Assembly (NCBI GenBank): GCA_000025185.1
Contig: CP001848.1
Coordinates: 2,820,001-2,852,000, forward strand
Reading direction: 5' to 3'
Source: Pirellula staleyi DSM 6068
GTDB taxonomy: Bacteria > Planctomycetota > Planctomycetia > Pirellulales > Pirellulaceae
DNA: 32,000 nt
Positions within the stretch are counted from its first letter, which is position 1. Every line of letters begins with the position of its first letter. Shown here piece by piece: positions 26,078-32,000 of this stretch. The position numbers and the translations under genes are program-made. Below the pieces are notes generated by a model. The model was not told the origin of the DNA. It ran no database searches and saw only the letters and a list, made by a program, of their open reading frames with translations.

Positions 26078-26090
26078 CTTGTATGATAAG
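26078..26090. promoter_or_regulatory. Third copy of the same operator-like box (O3), inverted, one mismatch
   Basis: CTTGTATGATAAG is the reverse complement CTTATCATACAAG, compared with CTTGTCATACAAG in O2. It lies ~27 nt upstream of the regulator ATG at 26117. Confidence 0.45.
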
Positions 26091-26116
26091 TCGTTCAGGC
26101 AGGACTCTGATCGTCA

Positions 26117-26911
26117 ATGAAAAGCAAAGCTAGGTCGATCATGGCTGTAACCGACCCCAAGATCAAGCTTGGGCTATTGCGATCGCTCTCCCGGGAGAAG
26201 GTGTCGGCAGAATTGGGGCCAGATTGGCAGCAGGCTCCGCGCGAAAATTTGGTGGCCGACATCATTGCGGCGATGCAGCGGCAGATTGTCAGCGGCGAAT
26301 TGGCTGCCGGAAACCCGCTTCCCTCGGAAGGTGAGCTTGCTGCTGCGTTTGGGGTGTCGCGAACAGTCATTCGCGAGGCGATGCAAACGCTGCGTGCACG
26401 TGGCCTCGTGCAGGGTTCGCAGGGAAAACGGGCCGTGGTACGTTCGGTCGATGCCCAGGCTTCGGTCGAAAGCATTCAGCTGTTGATGCGTCGCGCTGGT
26501 GGTTCGCTGCACCAATTGACTGAGGTGCGGCGTCCTCTCGAAATTGAAATCGCCGGGCTGGCTGCCCAGCGCGCTACGCCTCCCCAGATCGCCGCACTCC
26601 GCGATGCGAATCGACAACTTGCTGCAGCGACCGATTTAGAGACCGCAGCGGCTGCTGATGTCGCCTTTCATCAGCGATTGGCCGAGGCATCGGGCAATCC
26701 GCTGTTCGTGATGCTGCTCTCAATGATTGCAGGGTTGCTCGAGGAGTCGCGTCGCCGAACGATCGCTCACTCGGGACTTCGCCTCGCGGTGACTGAGCAT
26801 GAGAAGATTCTCGCCACCATCGAAGCGCATGAACCGGCGGAAGCTCGCCGCGCCATGACCCGCCACATGCAGTTGATTGAAAGAGACCTCTCAGAATCGC
26901 TTGAACGATAG
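26117..26911 (+). CDS. GntR-family transcriptional regulator, FadR subfamily (winged HTH + FCD domain)
   Basis: The HTH is GNPLPSEGELAAAFGVSRTVIREAMQTLRARGLV. The all-helical C-terminal FCD-like domain carries conserved His residues (DVAFHQRLAEASGNP..., EHEKILATIEAHEPAEARRAMTRHM). An alternative ATG lies at 26141. Confidence 0.9.
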   Translation: MKSKARSIMAVTDPKIKLGLLRSLSREKVSAELGPDWQQAPRENLVADIIAAMQRQIVSGELAAGNPLPSEGELAAAFGVSRTVIREAMQTLRARGLVQGSQGKRAVVRSVDAQASVESIQLLMRRAGGSLHQLTEVRRPLEIEIAGLAAQRATPPQIAALRDANRQLAAATDLETAAAADVAFHQRLAEASGNPLFVMLLSMIAGLLEESRRRTIAHSGLRLAVTEHEKILATIEAHEPAEARRAMTRHMQLIERDLSESLER

Positions 26912-26947
26912 GTCGCGCTCTCTGGCGATTTTCGATTTGTCAGAGGG

Positions 26948-28588
26948 CTACTGGGCGGTGCCTTGGCGTTCGGTGCTGTCGAGTTCGCTCCGTTCGAACC
27001 AAAGGTGGCGGTTCCAGTGCTCTTCGTCGATCTGTGGGAAGTCGGTTCGTAAGTGCACGCCACGTGATTCCTCGCGAGCCAGAGAGGCCTGAATCATCAC
27101 GCGCGAGACGGTGAGCATGTTTTGCAATTCCCAGCCACCGATGTCGGCAAACTGGCGGGGCAATACATAGCGTCGCCATTGATCGACCTGCTCAAGAGCT
27201 TCCAGCAGTCCATCGCGTTCGCGACGAACGCCGCAATAACGCCACATCAGGCTCTTGAGCGAATTGCGAATATCGCCCAAATCGAGTGGATCGGTAGGTA
27301 CGTCGGCTACTGCGCTTTCGAGTTCGAACACATGGAACTTGGCAGACATTTTTTTCGCAGCCTCGGAAGCGGCGAGTCCAGCATGAGCACCGTAGACCAA
27401 TCCTTCGAGCAGGCTATTCGAGGCGAGACGATTCGCGCCATGCAGCCCGCTTGAAGCGACTTCACCAGCCGCCCAAAGCCCTTCGATGGTGGTCCGTCCT
27501 TCTTGGTCGATCGTGACGCCACCAATCATGTAGTGCGCGCCAGGGCGAACCGGGATTTTGTCGCGTGTAATGTCGATCCCAAACTTTTTGCAAGCGGCAG
27601 CGATGCCTGGAAATCGCTTCAAAACAAACGATTTTTCGAGGTGACGCACGTCGAGATAAACGCAGGAGTGTTTGGTCTTTTCCATCTGCGTGACAATGGC
27701 CTTCGACACCACATCACGCGGCGCAAGCTCAGCTCGTTCGTCGTAGGCGGGCATGAACCGGATGCCATCTTTGTCGACAAGCCAGCCACCTTCACCACGA
27801 ATTGCTTCAGTGATGAGGCTGCGGCTGCCACCGGCAATATAGAGCACGGTAGGGTGAAACTGCATGAATTCCATGTCGCGCAACTGAGCTCCGGCGCGAT
27901 AGGCCATGGCATGACCGTCGGCTGTTGCCACTGGCGGGTTGGTCGACTCGCGATAGACTTGCCCGGCACCGCCGGTGGCAATGATGGTTTGACGAGCCCA
28001 CACCATCATGCGTTCGCCATGTTGCGATGAAATGATCGCACCACGGCAAACACCTTGATCGGTGAGCAAATCGAGCGTGAAGGTCTTTTCCCACATGCGT
28101 ACATTCGGCTTCGCACGTGTGTATTCGATCACGGCTCGCATCACTTCTTTGCCGGTCATGTCACCGAGCGCGTGGACGATCCGATTGCGACTGTGTCCCC
28201 CTTCGCGACCCAACACAATTTGCCCGGCCTGTTTATCAAAATGAGTTCCCCAGTCGACCAACTCCTGGATTCGTTCGGGTGCTTCGCGAACCACCATCTC
28301 GACCACTTGGGGATCGCAAAGTGTGCCACCAGCAACGAGTGTGTCGGCCACATGCTCTTCAAAACGATCTTCGGGATCGAGAACGCCGGCGATACCCCCT
28401 TGGGCATAGTTACTGTTAGATTCGCCGAAAGAATCTTTCGTGATCACGAGGACACGCAGGCTCGGATCGACAGCGTTGGCGGCTCGAAGTCCTGCAAGTC
28501 CACCGCCGATGATGAGGACATCGCAAAAGTAGTGGGGAAGATGCTCGGGGTGAAACGCAACAAGATAGCGAGGCGTCAGCAGCGTCAT
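26948..28588 (-). CDS. nadB: L-aspartate oxidase
   Basis: The FAD motif is CDVLIIGGGLAGLRAA, followed by SNSNYAQGGIAG, HPTV...LITEAIRGEGG and RFMPAYDERAELAPRDVVSKAI, with a C-terminal helical domain. I chose the ATG at 28588. The TTG at 28693 would add 35 Pro/Ser-rich residues. Confidence 0.9.
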   Translation of the reverse strand: MTLLTPRYLVAFHPEHLPHYFCDVLIIGGGLAGLRAANAVDPSLRVLVITKDSFGESNSNYAQGGIAGVLDPEDRFEEHVADTLVAGGTLCDPQVVEMVVREAPERIQELVDWGTHFDKQAGQIVLGREGGHSRNRIVHALGDMTGKEVMRAVIEYTRAKPNVRMWEKTFTLDLLTDQGVCRGAIISSQHGERMMVWARQTIIATGGAGQVYRESTNPPVATADGHAMAYRAGAQLRDMEFMQFHPTVLYIAGGSRSLITEAIRGEGGWLVDKDGIRFMPAYDERAELAPRDVVSKAIVTQMEKTKHSCVYLDVRHLEKSFVLKRFPGIAAACKKFGIDITRDKIPVRPGAHYMIGGVTIDQEGRTTIEGLWAAGEVASSGLHGANRLASNSLLEGLVYGAHAGLAASEAAKKMSAKFHVFELESAVADVPTDPLDLGDIRNSLKSLMWRYCGVRRERDGLLEALEQVDQWRRYVLPRQFADIGGWELQNMLTVSRVMIQASLAREESRGVHLRTDFPQIDEEHWNRHLWFERSELDSTERQGTAQ

Positions 28589-28682
28589 GGAGAGGTTGGT
28601 CGCGTCAGGTGTTGTGGGCGGTGACAGGAGCGGCGAGCAAGGTTCGATGAGGGGCGGATTGTTGGGAAAGTGACATCCGCTG

Positions 28683-28707
28683 AATCTCGCCAAGGTGGGG
28701 CGAGATT
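28683..28707 (-). terminator. Perfect 9-bp stem-loop between the giant gene and nadB
   Basis: AATCTCGCC (28683-28691) pairs with GGCGAGATT (28699-28707) around a 7-nt loop, ~40 nt past the stop at 28747. No U-tract follows, so it could be an attenuator or a processing/stability element rather than a terminator. Confidence 0.35.
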
Positions 28708-28746
28708 GCCGCTGTGATGTCGAGAAATCCTCTTGCTGATATCGTA

Positions 28747-31700
28747 TCAGTTCGACGAGCGTGCTGCCCCTTTGCGGAAAGCATCGAACAAGTCGCGATA
28801 GCGTGAGGGGGGCGCGGTGCGGTCGCCCGAGTCGCGAAGATCGCGGGTGTTGTCGCTCGTACTTCCACCGGCTCGTGTTCGTGACGAGGGAGGTGTAATT
28901 CCAAGACTGCGGAGCGACTCATCGAGTTCGCGAGCTTTCGCAGGATTTTCGAGTGCTTCTTTTTCGAGCGATTCCCAGCGTCGAAGGAATTCGTTCATTT
29001 CATCGCGCGTCATCCGCAGACGTTTCAGTAATTCAGGATCGGGATCGTGCTGCTGATCGCGAAGATGCTCGAGTGCCATGTCAGTAGCGCGGCGAGCATA
29101 GTCGAGATTCACGGCATCCCCTTCGGTCGCCGGGCCCGATTTGTCGTAGGTGCCTGCACCGCGATCTCCCTCTTTGCCACCGCCAACAACAGGGCCGGTT
29201 TTGCTCCCAGCTCCTTGGTTATTGGAAGCAGGGGCCCCTTCGGTGGCGTCGGAATTCCCTTGTTCTGGGTTCGATTTGGGTGGGGCTCCAGCTCCCTGTT
29301 TGTCTCCTGAAGTTGAAGCGCGCGAGGAATTGCCGCTCCCTTTTTCGCCGGAAGGTTTGCCACCTTCGGCGGAAGCTGATTGCTCGGTTCCCTCGCCACC
29401 TTGCTCGCCCGACTCGCCCTTGCCTTGTTCGCTCGATTTACCAGCGCCGGTGTCGGCAGAACTGTTGCTGCCAGCGGAATCGTTTCCCGCTTGTCCCCCC
29501 GGTTGGCCTCCCCCCGCGCTACCTCCGCCACTGCGATCGCCAGAGTCGCCCCCCTTGCTGTTCGACTGTTTTTTACTGCCGCTGGGAGCACTAGCTTCGC
29601 TCGAGGACGAATTCTTAGGTCCCCCGGTTTGATCTTTGGGGCGATCGCGATTTTGTTCTTGCGACGCACCCGAGCCCTTGTCTTGCTGCGACGCATTGCC
29701 GTCGCCAGCTTCGCCTGTCGTCCCTTGTCCTGGCGACGATGGTTTGCTGCTTTCCGAACCCTCGGGCGTTTGCTCTTCAGGCTTGGTTTTCGACGCGCCG
29801 CGCGAATCGCCGCCGGGAGAATTCTCGGGCTTCTCGGCCGTGGTGTCTCCTTGCGAAGGGGTTCCGCTGGCACCCTGGGGATCTTTCGGCTTTGTGCCGC
29901 TGGGCTGTGGTTTGTCACCAGTTGCCGGCGAGGCGCCGCCAGTTGCTTCGTTCCCGGCAGGCTGCTTCGGATCGCTGGGTTTCGGGGTTCCAGTTGGTGG
30001 TGTACCGGCAGAAGGTGAACCAGCATCGCTGGGTTTCGCGCCACTCTCTTGCGGCTGCGCGCCAGTGCCTTGCTCGGGTGAACCTGGTGGTGGACTTCCT
30101 GGTTGAGGCGCGGCCGATGGATCGCTTGCGCCAGAAGCAGAGTTTTTCGGCGTGGTTACCTGATTGGTTTCGGTATTCTTCGTCGAATTATCCGTGTTGT
30201 CTTGGCTCGCTGGGCTCGGATTTTGCTTCTGCTTTTCTTTGAGGTAGTTGAGGACCTCGTCGATGACTTCACCATCGTGAGGCTTGCCACTTCCAGGTCC
30301 ATCGCCGGCACGCTGAGGTCCACTGTTTGAGGGTCGGCCGCTCCCTTGCGTTCCAGCGTCGTTGGACGTGCCAGAGGCCTCTCCCGATGCATCGCCGCCG
30401 GGAGTTCCACCTTGGCTGCTGTCGGTTGTTGACTGCTGCGGCTGTCCACTGGCAGGATTGCTCGACGACTGACCCTGATCACCTTGACCACCACTTGAAG
30501 GATCGCCGTTCATGGGTCCGGATTCGGTGGGGCTATTCGACTTTGGATCGCCGGAATCACCACTTCCTGGCGGTGGACTTCCGGCAGCGGATGTCCCTTG
30601 CTGCGGGGCCCCTCCGCTTTCGCCACCTTCCATCGGTTGGCCAGCACCCTCTTGAGGCTTGCCCGTTTCACTCGACGACCCTTCCATCGGCTTACCCATG
30701 TCGCCGCTGCCGGGCATCGGCATGCCGCTATCTCCCTCGGAGCCTTCCATCGGTTTGCTGCTCGAGTCATCCATTGGCTTCTCACCGGGAGGACTCTTGG
30801 AAGTATCGTTTTCGCCTGGCTTCTTTTGCTCGCCACTGGCTCCATCGGGTTGCTTGGAGCCGGATTCCATCGGATCACCCGACGGAGGTCCACTCGGCAT
30901 CGGCTGGTTCGACATCGGGGATGATGAATTGCCCCCATCGGCCGGATTGCTCTTCGGCTTTTGCGATCCGCTGTTGCCCGGCATCGGTGGCTTGGCTGAA
31001 TTCTCGCTCCCCGGTTGCTGCTGGGTCGGATCAGTGTTTCCGTCCCCATTCTTTTGCGCTGGATCGACCGCTTTTTCTGGCTTGGGGGCGTCGTCCATCG
31101 TGGGATCGGCGTTGCGATTGTCGCTCGCGCCCCCTGATCCATCTTCTCGGCCCACCGAATCGACGATGCGCACCACCACCGATGGCGACACGGTTTTGTT
31201 GCCAGCAGGAATTCCTGACACGCTGTCGGTTTTGTTGTCGACCGCAATCGCGACGAACGTAATCTCATCGCCAACGGCCAGCTTATGTTGGGCGGGGACA
31301 AACTTATAGTTCGCCGTTGTCTGGGGAGGTCCGCTGAGCGTTTCTTCGAGAATCGGATGACGAACAATCTCGTCTTGCTCGCGTGTTCCCGTCAGATGCA
31401 CGCTGCGGAGCGCGAAGTCGGGATCGACCGCGCGCACTTCCATTGTCAACGAGCCATCGAGCGGAATTTCAACGAGCGGAAGCTTCGGCTGTAAGAGTTG
31501 CACTTCGGGAGCGAGATCTCGAATCACCTCCACGCGATGCACAATCGGGTTTTGGCTTGCGAGCTGATTGCTGCTCGTAAAGCGGAGCTGATAGTTCGAT
31601 GGACGCGATTCGCCACTACCTGGGGCGACGCTCATTTTCAGTGGATAACTTGCGCTCGTTTCTCCTGCGATTGTCATCGAAAGCGACTGAGCGGCGAGTC

Positions 31701-32000
31701 GTGTTTTCTCGTTGTAATCGAGGTCGATGATGGCTGATTGCAGCGGATGACTGGTGCTGCCATAGATGGTGGCAACGGTCCCTTCGATCGCTTGCAAATC
31801 TCCCTGCAACTCGACCACGCGCGATGGAAGTTTCGTGTAAGCGGGATATTGATACTCGACCTTACTGACCACAATCGTGGGGGCCGATTTCACACGCAGT
31901 TCGTACAGCGGAGTTTCAGCGTCCCCGGCCAGGATCATGTACTGCAGGTCTTGTGTAATGCCAGTGTCAGCCGAGTTCGAAGCAACCTCAGGAATGCGCG
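28747..32000 (-). CDS. Giant low-complexity protein, 5'-truncated by the window edge (tandem beta-rich modules + ~680-aa disordered region + helical C-terminal domain)
   Basis: The frame stays open upstream of the ATG at 31938 to position 32000 (...RIPEVASNSADTGITQDLQY-MILAGD...), so the gene starts outside the window. The visible part has two beta-rich modules (nt ~31153-31938), a G/S/P/D/E/Q/K-rich region (29116-31152) and a 122-aa helical C-terminus ending ...APPSRYRDLFDAFRKGAARSSN. Confidence 0.8.
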   Translation of the reverse strand, partial: RIPEVASNSADTGITQDLQYMILAGDAETPLYELRVKSAPTIVVSKVEYQYPAYTKLPSRVVELQGDLQAIEGTVATIYGSTSHPLQSAIIDLDYNEKTRLAAQSLSMTIAGETSASYPLKMSVAPGSGESRPSNYQLRFTSSNQLASQNPIVHRVEVIRDLAPEVQLLQPKLPLVEIPLDGSLTMEVRAVDPDFALRSVHLTGTREQDEIVRHPILEETLSGPPQTTANYKFVPAQHKLAVGDEITFVAIAVDNKTDSVSGIPAGNKTVSPSVVVRIVDSVGREDGSGGASDNRNADPTMDDAPKPEKAVDPAQKNGDGNTDPTQQQPGSENSAKPPMPGNSGSQKPKSNPADGGNSSSPMSNQPMPSGPPSGDPMESGSKQPDGASGEQKKPGENDTSKSPPGEKPMDDSSSKPMEGSEGDSGMPMPGSGDMGKPMEGSSSETGKPQEGAGQPMEGGESGGAPQQGTSAAGSPPPGSGDSGDPKSNSPTESGPMNGDPSSGGQGDQGQSSSNPASGQPQQSTTDSSQGGTPGGDASGEASGTSNDAGTQGSGRPSNSGPQRAGDGPGSGKPHDGEVIDEVLNYLKEKQKQNPSPASQDNTDNSTKNTETNQVTTPKNSASGASDPSAAPQPGSPPPGSPEQGTGAQPQESGAKPSDAGSPSAGTPPTGTPKPSDPKQPAGNEATGGASPATGDKPQPSGTKPKDPQGASGTPSQGDTTAEKPENSPGGDSRGASKTKPEEQTPEGSESSKPSSPGQGTTGEAGDGNASQQDKGSGASQEQNRDRPKDQTGGPKNSSSSEASAPSGSKKQSNSKGGDSGDRSGGGSAGGGQPGGQAGNDSAGSNSSADTGAGKSSEQGKGESGEQGGEGTEQSASAEGGKPSGEKGSGNSSRASTSGDKQGAGAPPKSNPEQGNSDATEGAPASNNQGAGSKTGPVVGGGKEGDRGAGTYDKSGPATEGDAVNLDYARRATDMALEHLRDQQHDPDPELLKRLRMTRDEMNEFLRRWESLEKEALENPAKARELDESLRSLGITPPSSRTRAGGSTSDNTRDLRDSGDRTAPPSRYRDLFDAFRKGAARSSN
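29116..31152 (-). repeat. Low-complexity coding region with degenerate short repeats (e.g. KPMEGS units)
   Basis: About 680 codons consist almost only of G, S, P, D, E, Q, K, N, T and A. The motif CCATCGG...(PMEG) recurs at ~30629, 30680, 30744 and 30866. The plus strand is A-poor (4-6 A per 60 nt in two lines I counted by hand), so all six frames are free of stop codons. Confidence 0.85.

Noticed and set aside
28589-28693. 35-codon N-terminal extension of nadB from a TTG
   Set aside because: The extension is Pro/Ser-rich and unlike NadB N-termini. It also contains the 9-bp stem-loop. The ATG at 28588 gives a normal distance to the FAD-binding GGG motif.
29109-31367. Many 100-311-aa ORFs in several frames on both strands (e.g. 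29109..30044, 29380..30018, 30327..31262, 30510..31367, 30659..31309)
   Set aside because: They are a by-product of the T-depleted coding strand of the giant low-complexity gene, which leaves no stop codons possible. Only the long frame connects to ordered N- and C-terminal domains.
1-32000. Search for CRISPR arrays, IS elements or inverted terminal repeats, integrases, toxin-antitoxin pairs and known defence-system genes
   Set aside because: I saw no regularly spaced direct repeats, no transposase, integrase or reverse-transcriptase-like ORFs, and no nuclease, helicase or ATPase defence signatures. The window reads as core chromosome rather than an accessory island.

Overview
This window looks like chromosomal DNA from a Planctomycetota (Pirellulales-like) genome. 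The main evidence is a PSCyt1/PSCyt2(DUF1549)/PSD1(DUF1553) cytochrome-c-domain protein paired with a Tat-signal DUF1501 sulfatase-like protein. Other signs are a second stand-alone PSCyt1 ORF, a secreted TPR/CHAT-like protein and many signal-peptide hypothetical proteins. I support about 21 CDS, mostly on the minus strand. Recognisable housekeeping genes are nadB, lutA, a signal peptidase I, a class V aminotransferase, a CBS-pair protein, a DUF486/DMT membrane protein and a trypsin-like protease. I found no rRNA, tRNA, CRISPR array, transposase, integrase or recognisable phage-defence gene, so I cannot point to a clear-cut new system. The best leads are: (1) a triplicated GntR-type palindrome between a FadR-like regulator and the DUF1553/DUF1501 pair; (2) a 5'-truncated giant protein with a ~680-aa low-complexity region on a T-depleted coding strand; (3) a membrane-fusion (HlyD) protein with two cytoplasmic GAF-like domains; (4) a secreted TPR/CHAT-like protein whose catalytic His and Cys both appear replaced by Tyr; (5) a LarA-like gene next to an orphan lutA; (6) two CRP-consensus-like boxes in similar intergenic positions. 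All functional calls come from motif recognition by eye, with no database search, and start codons are approximate.
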